A stretch of 41,264 bases of DNA from Escherichia phage 216Ecol046PP. Position 1 is the first letter of the stretch, and the number at the start of each line of letters is the position of its first letter. The notes beneath the pieces are model-generated. The model did no database searches and was not told where the DNA came from. It was given only the letters and a program-made list of their open reading frames with translations. Shown here in pieces: positions 27,485 to 37,608 of the stretch. Made by a program: the position numbers and the translations under genes. Location: sequence record PP328844.1. One strand, written 5' to 3'.

Positions 27485-29767
27485 ATGGCTAGTAATATTG
27501 AATCAGCTCTGGCTAATCGGACTATGGGTCGTGGCAGAGCGCCGGGTAAAACTATCGCCGTCAACTATCAAGCAGCCAGCGTTCAGGCTCCGACTGGTGA
27601 CTCCGGTCTGGCTCGTGCGTTAACCAACTTCGTTGAGTCTGGGACTGGATTGTACAAGCAGTTCAAGGACGAGGAGAAGACCAGAGCTGACGAGCGGTCT
27701 AACGAGATTATCCGTAAGCTGACACCTCAGCAAAGACGTGAGGCTATCCAGAACGGAACATTGCTGTATCAGGATGACCCTTACGCTATGGAAGCACTTC
27801 GAGTCAAGACAGGTCGTAACGCTGCCTTTGCTGTGGATGACGAGATTAACGTTAAGATTCAGAACGGTGAGTTCCGTACACGTCAGGACATGGAAGAGTA
27901 TCGCCACCAGCGACTTCAGGACGCCGCTAAGTCCTATGCTGAAGAGGCGGGTATTAACCCTACCGATGAGTTCTTCCAGCGCGGGTTCAACGATAACATC
28001 ACAGACCGCAACATCGCTATCTATGGGTCTTTCAATAAGTATTTCAGCAAGCAGTCTGAAGAGACAGCAATGTTGAACACTCGTATTGAGATGAACTCGT
28101 TCCTTAACGATGGGGACCTGATGCGTTCACCTGAGTCAGGTAAGACCTTCATGACCTACCTTCGTGATGGACTGACTACTGCTGCTATCCCTTCGGACCA
28201 GCGAGCACGGGAGGTCATTACCCAGACGGTCCGTGACGCAATCCAGAAGTCAGGAGGCTCAAACTTCCTACAGCAAGTCCGTGGCGAGCGTATCACCCTT
28301 AACGGTATTGATGCTACCATCGAAGAGATTGTAGGCCCTGACGTCTTCAATGCTGCTGTGGTTGAGGCTCAAGGTACTGAGTACAAGCTGGTGGCTAAGT
28401 ATCAGGAAGACTTATCGTTAGGCGTTCAGTCTGCGATTCTTCAGGACGACCCAACCATCGGTCTGGCCCAGATTCAGAAACTCAAGGAGCAGAACAACCT
28501 TCTTCAGCCGGGTGAAGAACTCACGCCTCAGCGTCAGATGCTTATTAATGCCGAAGCCAGCTTACTGGAAGCGGTCAAGCGTAAGTCTGCTGAACAGGCG
28601 AAGGAGAACACTAAGTTAATCCAGACCCAGAACAAGCAGCTAGTCATAGACCAAGTGTATCAGCGACGTCTGGCTGGAGACAACGTGTCCACCAACTATG
28701 AGGACCTTCCGGTCTCTGAATCCACAGGAGAGTTCAAGCGTTCAGACATGAACAACTATGCGTCTGCTAAGCTACAGCAGATTGACCAGATGGACATCCC
28801 TGAGGCTGCTAAGGACGCACAGAAGGTTGCATTATTAAGAGCTGACACTAACAACGGTCCGTTCCGTAATGCCTTCCAAACGCTTACTCAGGACGCTGCT
28901 GGTGAGTGGCAAGCTGCCGTCATCCGTGGACAGTACGACCCAGACAAGATGCAACGCTTCGAGTCTCTTCGTCGTGCCTACACTCAGGACCCTTCAAGTT
29001 TCGCTGCTCTGTATCCTGACCAAGCTCAGTTGTTCTCTACGTTCGACCAGATGGACAAGATGGGTCTGGACCCTCAGACGATGATTGAAGCTGATAAGCA
29101 AGCTGCAAGTCAAAGCCGTGAGATGCGCATGGAGTCAGACAAGGCGTGGCAGGAGTTGAAGAACGACTCTCGGAATAAGGACCTTTCGCGTCTTCCTACG
29201 TCTCTGGACTCAAGTGCTCGTAAGGTCTGGGACTCATGGTACTATCGTACAGGTAACGCTGACGCTGCAACGCAGCAGACTCAACGCTGGCTGAATGAGA
29301 ACACCGTAACGTTCCAGTCTGAAGGTTCTGACGGTAAGTCCATCGGCATGGTGTCCAAACACCAGCTTATGGTCGGGGATAACCCAGAGTCGTGGCAGGT
29401 GGGTCGAGACATTATCGACACAGCTCGTCAGCAGCTCATTAAGGCCAACCCTTGGGTAGTGAACTCTCAGTTGTCCGTTGTTGAACAGAACGGCTCTATC
29501 TTCCTCCAAGACGCTACGGGGACTATTCGTATTCGCTACGATAAAGAACTTGTAGGTAAACTCTACCGCGAACAACAGCAGAAGGCACAAGATGCCGCAT
29601 ACGCTCAGGCAGAACGTGACGCTAACAAGCGAGCGCGTATCGTCGGGACTAAAGCTGCTGGTGACAAACGTCGAGCTGACCGAGAGGCCAACATCGAGAA
29701 GCGCGGAGGGATGTACAATGACGTCTCATTGGAGGGCATCGCAAACGTACTAATCGGTAAGGAGTAA
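27485..29767 (+). CDS. 15: Internal virion protein C (gp15 homologue), 760 aa
   Basis: Size and position; core protein of the ejectosome. Confidence 0.9.
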   Translation: MASNIESALANRTMGRGRAPGKTIAVNYQAASVQAPTGDSGLARALTNFVESGTGLYKQFKDEEKTRADERSNEIIRKLTPQQRREAIQNGTLLYQDDPYAMEALRVKTGRNAAFAVDDEINVKIQNGEFRTRQDMEEYRHQRLQDAAKSYAEEAGINPTDEFFQRGFNDNITDRNIAIYGSFNKYFSKQSEETAMLNTRIEMNSFLNDGDLMRSPESGKTFMTYLRDGLTTAAIPSDQRAREVITQTVRDAIQKSGGSNFLQQVRGERITLNGIDATIEEIVGPDVFNAAVVEAQGTEYKLVAKYQEDLSLGVQSAILQDDPTIGLAQIQKLKEQNNLLQPGEELTPQRQMLINAEASLLEAVKRKSAEQAKENTKLIQTQNKQLVIDQVYQRRLAGDNVSTNYEDLPVSESTGEFKRSDMNNYASAKLQQIDQMDIPEAAKDAQKVALLRADTNNGPFRNAFQTLTQDAAGEWQAAVIRGQYDPDKMQRFESLRRAYTQDPSSFAALYPDQAQLFSTFDQMDKMGLDPQTMIEADKQAASQSREMRMESDKAWQELKNDSRNKDLSRLPTSLDSSARKVWDSWYYRTGNADAATQQTQRWLNENTVTFQSEGSDGKSIGMVSKHQLMVGDNPESWQVGRDIIDTARQQLIKANPWVVNSQLSVVEQNGSIFLQDATGTIRIRYDKELVGKLYREQQQKAQDAAYAQAERDANKRARIVGTKAAGDKRRADREANIEKRGGMYNDVSLEGIANVLIGKE

Positions 29768-29771
29768 CATA

Positions 29772-32700
29772 ATGGCGACTCGTGGTATTCGCAATAACAA
29801 TCCGGGTAACATCCGGGTAAGTAAGGACCAATGGGAAGGAATGACTGGAGATGATGGCGCATTCGTCACCTTCGATAGTCCAGAGTCTGGCGTCCGAGCT
29901 TTAGGTAAAAACCTGCTGTCCTACGGTCGCCAAGGTTATGATTCCATCGAGAAGATTATCAACAGATGGGCACCTCCTAACGAGAACGACACTAAGGCTT
30001 ATATTGACTCAGTGGTGGCTGCAACTGGTATTCCAGCTACACAGAGTCTCGACCTATCGGACCCTGACACCCTGTCTTCTCTGGCACAAGCTATCAGCTT
30101 CCATGAGACAGGCTCACGGTACGACCCTGAAGTCTATCAGAAGGGAGTCGCACGGGCACTCAACGGCATTAGCCCAAAGACTCCACCAGTAAGCGCTAAC
30201 GTATTTGACGCACTCACGGAAGGACTCAAGGCTAAACCTAAAGTAGCTCTGGGTGAGAACCTTCCGACCGCTGCTGGTCTGAACATTGAGGGTCAAGCAC
30301 TTGAAGCTCCCAACGAATCGTTCGGTGAGATGTTCTATAAGGCTACTGGAGAGACCATGCAGGAGCAAGAGGACCGCTCTACGTGGTTCGGTTTCGGTGC
30401 GGCTACAGAAGCTGAAGTGAAGAACTCTATGGTCGGCGTGGCTATACGAGCTGGTCAGACTGAGGACTCACTGGATGTCATTGGCGATGTGTTCAACCCA
30501 ACCCGATGGAACAACCATAAGTGGACTCGTGAGGAGCTAGACCAGATTCGTAACGCTGGGGTTTTGCCTCAGTATTACGGAGTCATTACTGGTGGCTCTC
30601 CTCAGAACCTGACTGAGCTTATTAACTTGGCGCTTGAGAACCAGAAGTTGGACCAAGAGAAGGCCAAGGCCGGGACTGGCGCCCAACTGGCGGCTGGTGT
30701 GATTGGTGCTGGCGTGGACCCTCTGACCTACGTTCCTATTGCTGGGCAGGTAGGTAAGGGCGGGAAGCTAATCAACAAGATGTTCACTGTGGCTGCTCAG
30801 TCTGGTGCTCTGGCTGGGGCATCCGAGATTGCTCGAACCTCAGTTGCTGGTGGGGACGCTCATGTGGCTGAGGCAATTATGGGCGGTGCTCTCTTCGGTG
30901 GGGGAATGACAGCTATCGGGGACGCTATCGGCAAGGCCTTAGGCAAGTCAACCAACGAGTTCGCCGGGCCAGCCACACGTCTGGAAGCCCGTGAGACTGC
31001 ACGTAATGTTGATGGTCAGGACCTGTCGCGTATGCCAATCCGTGAAGGAGAGGAGACCTTTAGTCACCAAGGCGTTAAGTTCGCTGACGTGCCGAATGAG
31101 CCGGGAAGTGTACGATTAGAAGACGGTTCAATCCTGATTGGTGAGAACCCTCTGAACCCTAAGACACGTCAGGTCTTTGACGAAGTGATTGAGCCTGAAC
31201 GGGCCGCTGCTGGTGTGAACCTTGGTGGTCTGACTGAGATTGGTCTGAAGCTGCTTCGGTCTGAGAACCCGGAGATTCGTGGAGTAGCTGCTGACTTAGT
31301 GCGTTCACCGACTGGTATGCAGTCTGGGGCCTCAGGTAAAATCGGGACCACTGCGTCTGACGTATTCGAGAGACTTCGTGCTGTAGACCATCGGTTCTAC
31401 AACGACATCGACGATGCTGTTACTGAGGCACTCAAGGACCCTTACTTCCAGACAGCATTCTGGCGAGACTCTGGAGCATTCCGTCAGGACATCTACCAGC
31501 GCGTGTCTATGGCTATCGAAGATGGTAGCGGAAATCTGAAGGCTGAACTGACTCCTGGAGAACTGAAAGTCTATGACCTACTGAAGAACCAGTTTGACGC
31601 CAAGCGTGAGATGATGGAGAACCCGGCGATGTTTGGTCGTCCAGACGCTCAGTCTATCTTTCCGGGCAGCCGCTTCAAGGGAACATACGTCCCGCATGTG
31701 TATAGCAACCAGATGAAGGAGCTGTACATCAAGGAGCTTGGGAGTCCAGAGGCACTACAGGAGGCCATCAAGAAGTCATGGTTGACCAGCTATGCGTCTC
31801 GACCTGAGGTCAAGAAACGTGTGGACGAGGCACTCTTAGAGGCTGACCCTACGTTGACTCCAGAAGGACTTGCGGCTGCTGTCGATAAGTACGCCAACGA
31901 TAAGGCTTATGGTATCTCTCACACCGAGCAGTTCGAGCGTTCATCCGTAATGGAAGAGAACATCAATGGTCTGGTTGGTCTGGAGAACAACAGCTTCCTT
32001 GAGGCTCGTAACCTGTTCGATAGCGATATGTCAATCGTCCTACCTAACGGTCAGACCTTCAGTGTCAACAACCTGCGTGAGTGGGACATGGACAAGATTG
32101 TCCCGGCCTACAACCGTCGAGTTAATGGCGATATTGCTATCATGGCTGGTACAGGCAAGACCACGAAGGACATGAAGGACTTGGTTGAGACCATGATGAA
32201 CAAGGCTGGGGATGACGGTAAGTTGAAAGGTGAAGTATCTACCTTACGTGACACCTTGAAGATTCTAACTGGCCGTGCTCGACGTGATGGTGCTGATGAT
32301 GCAGCCTTCGCTACCGTGATGCGCACAATGACAGACCTATCGTTCTTCGCTAAGAATGCCTATATGGGTGTTCAGAACTTAACGGAGATTGGTGGTATGC
32401 TGGCCCGTGGTAACGTTCGTGCAATGCTGCATGGAGTCCCAATTTTCCGTGACCTAGCCTTCCGTAACAAGAAAGTTGGGGCCTCAGAGATTAAGGACCT
32501 GCACAATGTTATCTTTGGTAAGGAGCTGGATGACTCAATCCGTCCGTCTAAACAGGATGTCATTGACCGTCTGCGATCTTACAGTGACCTCGGTCGTGGT
32601 ACAGCTACAGCTCTGGGGACTGCCAAGTATTACACTGGCGAACTTGCAGTACGCTCTCCGTTCACTAAAGTCCTCAACGGTACGACCAACTACCTGTTAG

Positions 32701-33659
32701 ATGCTGGACGTCAAGGCTTCCTGTCTGACATCGTGGAGCATAGCCTGACTGGTAGTAAGCGTAAGTTCGATGACCGCTGGCTTAAGACCGCTGGTATCTC
32801 TGACGAGCAGTGGAAGGGCATTAAGTCACTCATCCGTGAGTCAGTGACTCGTGGTCCAGACGGGAAGTACACCATTAAGGATAAGAAGGCGTTCAGTCAG
32901 GACCCAAGGGCTATGGACCTGTGGCGTATGGGTGATACCATCGCTGACGAAACGTTACTACGTCCTCATAAGCTGTCCAACATGGACGCAAAGGCTTATG
33001 GTCCTCTCACTAAGACTGTCCTTCAGTTTAAGAACTTCGTCATCAAGTCCATCAATGGACGTACCATGCGAACCTTCTATAACGCCACGAAGAACAACCG
33101 AGCGATGGACGCTGCCCTGTCCACTGTGATCTCTATGGGTCTTGCTGGTATCTACTACATGGCTCAGGCTCATGTCAAGGCTTACGCTATGCAGGATGGT
33201 CGAGACCGTGACTACCTCAAGCAAGCTCTAGACCCGACGATGATTGGATATGCAGCTCTATCACGTAGTTCACACCTTGGTGGACCACTTGGGGTAGCTA
33301 ACATTCTTGGTGGCATCGCTGGGTATGAGGACACTAAGATGCTCCGTTCGTCTATCCTACCTCGTTCGCCCACAGAGAAGCCTGAACGTGCCATCGCGTA
33401 TGGTGCAGCTACAAGTGACCCTGTGATGAATGTTGTTGGTAACTTCTTGGAGCAGGTTCCAGCTTTCGGATATGCTGCTAACGTTGGTGCTTCGGCTTAT
33501 AACTTGGCTGGCTACCTGAAGGCCGACACTCGGGTAAACGAGCGAGACTACATGACCGGGATGTATAACACCTTCCGTGAACTGGTTCCGAACGACCCGA
33601 TTACTCAGAAGTTGCTACTGGGAACGTTTGAGGAGCAAGGTATCCACATCAAGGACTAA
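29772..33659 (+). CDS. 16: Internal virion protein D (gp16 homologue), 1295 aa
   Basis: Collinear with T7 gp16 from about residue 200 (FFGF..A.EAE, GDIAIMG.TGKTTK, LRPHK, NNRA.DAALS, VPNDP.TQ); N-terminal ~130 aa differ. Confidence 0.93.
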   Translation: MATRGIRNNNPGNIRVSKDQWEGMTGDDGAFVTFDSPESGVRALGKNLLSYGRQGYDSIEKIINRWAPPNENDTKAYIDSVVAATGIPATQSLDLSDPDTLSSLAQAISFHETGSRYDPEVYQKGVARALNGISPKTPPVSANVFDALTEGLKAKPKVALGENLPTAAGLNIEGQALEAPNESFGEMFYKATGETMQEQEDRSTWFGFGAATEAEVKNSMVGVAIRAGQTEDSLDVIGDVFNPTRWNNHKWTREELDQIRNAGVLPQYYGVITGGSPQNLTELINLALENQKLDQEKAKAGTGAQLAAGVIGAGVDPLTYVPIAGQVGKGGKLINKMFTVAAQSGALAGASEIARTSVAGGDAHVAEAIMGGALFGGGMTAIGDAIGKALGKSTNEFAGPATRLEARETARNVDGQDLSRMPIREGEETFSHQGVKFADVPNEPGSVRLEDGSILIGENPLNPKTRQVFDEVIEPERAAAGVNLGGLTEIGLKLLRSENPEIRGVAADLVRSPTGMQSGASGKIGTTASDVFERLRAVDHRFYNDIDDAVTEALKDPYFQTAFWRDSGAFRQDIYQRVSMAIEDGSGNLKAELTPGELKVYDLLKNQFDAKREMMENPAMFGRPDAQSIFPGSRFKGTYVPHVYSNQMKELYIKELGSPEALQEAIKKSWLTSYASRPEVKKRVDEALLEADPTLTPEGLAAAVDKYANDKAYGISHTEQFERSSVMEENINGLVGLENNSFLEARNLFDSDMSIVLPNGQTFSVNNLREWDMDKIVPAYNRRVNGDIAIMAGTGKTTKDMKDLVETMMNKAGDDGKLKGEVSTLRDTLKILTGRARRDGADDAAFATVMRTMTDLSFFAKNAYMGVQNLTEIGGMLARGNVRAMLHGVPIFRDLAFRNKKVGASEIKDLHNVIFGKELDDSIRPSKQDVIDRLRSYSDLGRGTATALGTAKYYTGELAVRSPFTKVLNGTTNYLLDAGRQGFLSDIVEHSLTGSKRKFDDRWLKTAGISDEQWKGIKSLIRESVTRGPDGKYTIKDKKAFSQDPRAMDLWRMGDTIADETLLRPHKLSNMDAKAYGPLTKTVLQFKNFVIKSINGRTMRTFYNATKNNRAMDAALSTVISMGLAGIYYMAQAHVKAYAMQDGRDRDYLKQALDPTMIGYAALSRSSHLGGPLGVANILGGIAGYEDTKMLRSSILPRSPTEKPERAIAYGAATSDPVMNVVGNFLEQVPAFGYAANVGASAYNLAGYLKADTRVNERDYMTGMYNTFRELVPNDPITQKLLLGTFEEQGIHIKD

Positions 33660-33675
33660 ACTATCACTATAGGAA
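33656..33675 (+). promoter_or_regulatory. Phage RNAP promoter (phi17-like)
   Basis: GACTAAACTATCACTATAGGAAAC. Confidence 0.8.
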
Positions 33676-33723
33676 ACTGGAGGCGCTACCATAGGTCTCC
33701 GTTTAAATAACAAAGGAGGCATA

Positions 33724-36700
33724 ATGTCCACGATTACACAATTCCCTTCAGGAAACACTCAGTACAGGATTGAGTTCGACTACCTAGCCAGAACGTTTGT
33801 TGTTGTTACGCTGGTGAATAGCTCTAACCCTACCCTGAACCGTGTACTGGAAGTTGGTCGAGATTACCGATTCCTTAATCCAACGATGATTGAGATTTTG
33901 GTTGACCAATCAGGTTTCGACATCGTTCGTATTCACCGTCAGACTGGAACTGACTTAGTGGTAGACTTCAGGAATGGCTCAGTGTTGACAGCTAGTGACC
34001 TGACCAATTCAGAGCTTCAGGCTATCCATATTGCAGAAGAAGGTCGAGACCAAACGGTTGACTTAGCGAAGGAATATGCCGATGCTGCTGGTAGCTCTGC
34101 TGGCAACGCTAAGGATAGCGAGGACGAAGCACGCCGAATCGCTGAGAGTATCAGGGCAGCTGGTCTAATTGGCTATATGACCCGTCGCTCCTTCGAGAAA
34201 GGCTACAACGTTACAACATGGAGCGAGGTCCTGCTATGGGAAGAGGATGGTGATTATTACCGCTGGGATGGTACGCTTCCAAAGAACGTTCCTGCTGGTT
34301 CAACTCCTGAAACTTCCGGTGGGATTGGATTAGGTGCGTGGGTTAGTGTTGGTGATGCTGCTTTAAGAAGTCAGATTTCAAATCCTGAAGGGGCAATACT
34401 CTACCCTGAATTACATAGAGCACGCTGGCTTGATGAAAAAGATGTTCGTGGTTGGGGTGCTAAAGGGGATGGTGTCACTGATGATACAGCAGCATTAACG
34501 AGAGCATTAAACGAAACACCGGTTGGACAAAAGATTAATGGCAATGGGGGAACATATAAGGTCACATCCCTGCCTGACATTAGTAGATTCGTTAATACTC
34601 GTTTTGTATATGAACGTATTCCTGGTCAGCCGCTTTATTATGTCTCTGAAGAATTTGTTCAAGGTGAACTGTTTAAAATAACGGACACCCCTTATTACAA
34701 TGCGTGGCCACAGGATAAAGCGTTCGTTTACGATGATGTTATTTACTGCCCGTTCATGGCTGGTGATAGACATGGGGTCAGTCGTCTGCATGTATCATGG
34801 GTTAAGTCTGGTGACGATGGTCAAACATGGTCTACCCCAGAGTGGTTAACTGATCTGCATCCAGATTACCCTACAGTGAACTATCATTGTATGAGTATGG
34901 GTGTATGTCGCAACCGTCTGTTTGCCATGATTGAAACACGTACTTTAGCCAAGAACGCACTAACCAATTGTGCATTGTGGGATCGCCCTATGTCTCGTAG
35001 TCTGCATCTTACTGGTGGTATCACTAAGGCTGCAAATCAGAGATATGCAACAATCCATGTACCTGATCACGGACTATTCGTGGGCGATTTTGTTAACTTC
35101 TCTAATTCTGCGGTAACAGGTGTATCAGGTGATATGACTGTTGCAACGGTAATAGATAAGGACAACTTCACGGTTCTTACACCTAACCAGCAGACTTCAG
35201 ATTTGAATAACGCTGGAAAGAGTTGGCACATGGGTACTTCTTTCCATAAGTCTCCATGGCGTAAGACAGATCTTGGTCTAATCCCTCGTGTCACAGAGGT
35301 GCATAGCTTTGCTACTATTGATAACAATGGCTTTGTTATGGGCTATCATCAAGGTGATGTAGCTCCACGAGAAGTTGGTCTTTTCTACTTCCCAGATGCT
35401 TTCAATAGCCCATCTAATTATGTTCGTCGTCAGATACCAGCTGAGTATGAACCAGATGCGGCAGAGCCATGCATCAAGTACTATGACGGTGTATTATACC
35501 TTATCACTCGTGGTACTCGTGGCGACCGACTAGGAAGCTCTTTGCATCGTAGTAGAGATATAGGTCAGACTTGGGAGTCACTGAGATTTCCACATAATGT
35601 TCATCATACTACCTTACCTTTTGCTAAAGTAGGAGATGACCTTATTATGTTTGGTTCAGAACGTGCAGAAAATGAATGGGAAGCAGGTGCACCAGATGCT
35701 CGTTACAAGGCATCTTATCCTCGTACCTTCTATGCACGATTGAATGTAAACAAGTGGAGTGCAGATGATATTGAATGGGTTAACATCACAGACCAAATCT
35801 ATCAGGGTGACATTGTTAACTCAGGTGTAGGTGTTGGTTCGGTAGTTGTGAAGGATAATTACATCTACTACATGTTTGGTGGAGAGGACCATTTTAACCC
35901 ATGGACATATGGCGATAACTCAGCGAAAGACCCATTCAAATCGGATGGTCACCCCTCGGATTTGTATTGCTACAAAATGAAGATTGGCCCAGACAATCGT
36001 GTTTCCAGAGATTTCAGATATGGTGCTGTACCCAACAGAGCTGTTCCCGTGTTTTTTGATACGAATGGGATTCGCACTGTTCCTGCGCCAATGGAATTTA
36101 CAGGGGATTTGGGTTTAGGTCATGTGACCATTAGAGCCAGCACCAGTAGTAACATTCGCTCTGAAGTTTTAATGGAAGGTGAATATGGGTTTATCGGGAA
36201 GTCTATACCGACTGATAACCCGGCAGGGCAGCGCACCATATTTTGCGGGGGTGAAGGCACCAGTTCAACGACTGGCGCACAGATTACGCTTTATGGTGCA
36301 AATAACACCGACTCAAGGCGAATAGTTTACAATGGTGATGAGCATCTGTTCCAGACTGCTGACGTTAAGCCTTATCACGATAACGTCATTGCGCTTGGTG
36401 GACCAAGTAACCGTTTCACAACTGCATATCTCGGAAGCAACCCTATTGTTACTTCTAATGGGGGGAAGAAAACAGAGCCGGTAGTTTTTGATGATGCTTT
36501 CCTAGATGCCTGGGGTGACGTTCACTACATCATGTATCAATGGTTAGATGCTGTTCAACTGAAAGGCAATGATGCTCGTATTCACTTCGGGGTTATTGCC
36601 CAGCAAATTCGTGATGTATTCATTGCACACGGTCTGATGGATGAAAACAGTACGAATTGTCGTTATGCCGTTCTGTGCTATGACAAGTATCCACGGATGA

Positions 36701-36918
36701 CCGATACGGTATTTTCGCACAATGAAATCATTGAACACACTGACGAGGAGGGCAATGTCACTACTACGGAAGAGCCTGTATTCACTGAGGTGGTTATCCA
36801 TGAAGAGGGTGAGGAGTGGGGTGTTCGGCCTGACGGAATTTTCTTTGCTGAAGCCGCTTATCAGAGAAGAAAACTGGAAAGAATCGAAGCCAGACTTTCT
36901 GCTCTTGAACAGAAGTAA
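33724..36918 (+). CDS. 17: Tail fibre/tailspike: T7 gp17-like N-terminal anchor fused to a capsule-depolymerase (endosialidase-type) module with C-terminal chaperone domain, 1064 aa
   Basis: N-terminal ~150 aa resemble T7 gp17 (F.YLAR.FVVVTL..., LVDF..GS.L.A.DL); size and layout match what I recall of the K1F endo-N-acetylneuraminidase; AT-richer central region. Confidence 0.88.
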   Translation: MSTITQFPSGNTQYRIEFDYLARTFVVVTLVNSSNPTLNRVLEVGRDYRFLNPTMIEILVDQSGFDIVRIHRQTGTDLVVDFRNGSVLTASDLTNSELQAIHIAEEGRDQTVDLAKEYADAAGSSAGNAKDSEDEARRIAESIRAAGLIGYMTRRSFEKGYNVTTWSEVLLWEEDGDYYRWDGTLPKNVPAGSTPETSGGIGLGAWVSVGDAALRSQISNPEGAILYPELHRARWLDEKDVRGWGAKGDGVTDDTAALTRALNETPVGQKINGNGGTYKVTSLPDISRFVNTRFVYERIPGQPLYYVSEEFVQGELFKITDTPYYNAWPQDKAFVYDDVIYCPFMAGDRHGVSRLHVSWVKSGDDGQTWSTPEWLTDLHPDYPTVNYHCMSMGVCRNRLFAMIETRTLAKNALTNCALWDRPMSRSLHLTGGITKAANQRYATIHVPDHGLFVGDFVNFSNSAVTGVSGDMTVATVIDKDNFTVLTPNQQTSDLNNAGKSWHMGTSFHKSPWRKTDLGLIPRVTEVHSFATIDNNGFVMGYHQGDVAPREVGLFYFPDAFNSPSNYVRRQIPAEYEPDAAEPCIKYYDGVLYLITRGTRGDRLGSSLHRSRDIGQTWESLRFPHNVHHTTLPFAKVGDDLIMFGSERAENEWEAGAPDARYKASYPRTFYARLNVNKWSADDIEWVNITDQIYQGDIVNSGVGVGSVVVKDNYIYYMFGGEDHFNPWTYGDNSAKDPFKSDGHPSDLYCYKMKIGPDNRVSRDFRYGAVPNRAVPVFFDTNGIRTVPAPMEFTGDLGLGHVTIRASTSSNIRSEVLMEGEYGFIGKSIPTDNPAGQRTIFCGGEGTSSTTGAQITLYGANNTDSRRIVYNGDEHLFQTADVKPYHDNVIALGGPSNRFTTAYLGSNPIVTSNGGKKTEPVVFDDAFLDAWGDVHYIMYQWLDAVQLKGNDARIHFGVIAQQIRDVFIAHGLMDENSTNCRYAVLCYDKYPRMTDTVFSHNEIIEHTDEEGNVTTTEEPVFTEVVIHEEGEEWGVRPDGIFFAEAAYQRRKLERIEARLSALEQK

Positions 36919-37052
36919 TAAACAAAACCCTTTTGCCATTAAGTTGGTGGGGTAGATGTTAGAAGGTTGTGGAGGTAGAGGCTAACTACACGCTAAACAA
37001 CATAGGGTAACAACTTTGGGTCACGGACGACCCGCTTTAAACTGGAGGTTTT

Positions 37053-37247
37053 ATGATTGAGTTAGACTTCAAGAATGAGGTCCTTAAAGCCTCTCCTATA
37101 GTCGGGACCGCTGCGGCTGATGGTGCCAGTAGGTTCTTCTTCGGACTCACACTTAACGAATGGTTCTACGTTGCAGCTATCGCGTACACCGTTGTCCAGA
37201 TTGGTGTGCTAGTCTACAAAACGATTAAAGGAGGTGGTAAAACATGA
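37053..37247 (+). CDS. 17.5: Class II holin (gp17.5 homologue)
   Basis: FFGL.LNEWFYVAAIAYTVVQIG matches T7 gp17.5. Confidence 0.88.
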   Translation: MIELDFKNEVLKASPIVGTAAADGASRFFFGLTLNEWFYVAAIAYTVVQIGVLVYKTIKGGGKT

Positions 37248-37507
37248 CGCAGATGGACTTAGAGAAGTTCCTCTTGATGCTAGATACTGAACGTGCTCGA
37301 CTCATGCTGCAAGACCTGCGGGATGACACTAAGCGTTCACCTCAGCTTTACAACGCCATTGAGAAGCTACTGGCTCGTCACAACTTCGTGCTAAGCAAGG
37401 TGTCTGTCGACGAGAAGACTCTGGCTGATATGGAGGCCCTGAACGCAGAGTACGATAAGGTGCTCTCGGCTACGGAAGATAATGACACCGGGTATGGTGT
37501 TCAATAA
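37244..37507 (+). CDS. 18: Terminase small subunit (gp18 homologue)
   Basis: F..MLDT.....L.DL.D..RSPQLYNAIEKLL.RH.F matches T7 gp18. Confidence 0.88.
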   Translation: MTQMDLEKFLLMLDTERARLMLQDLRDDTKRSPQLYNAIEKLLARHNFVLSKVSVDEKTLADMEALNAEYDKVLSATEDNDTGYGVQ

Positions 37508-37513
37508 GTGTTA

Positions 37514-37556
37514 GACTCAAGGTCATTACTATATGTAGTGGCCTTTATGGTTAACA
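37514..37556 (+). promoter_or_regulatory. RNase III-type hairpin (R18.5-like)
   Basis: GACTCAAGGTCAT...GTGGCCTTTATGGTTAAC; third member of the hairpin family. Confidence 0.5.
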
Positions 37557-37608
37557 CTAACTAGTGGAGGAGACTCTACGTGAAATCTGATAAACCGGGA
37601 GGGCAACT

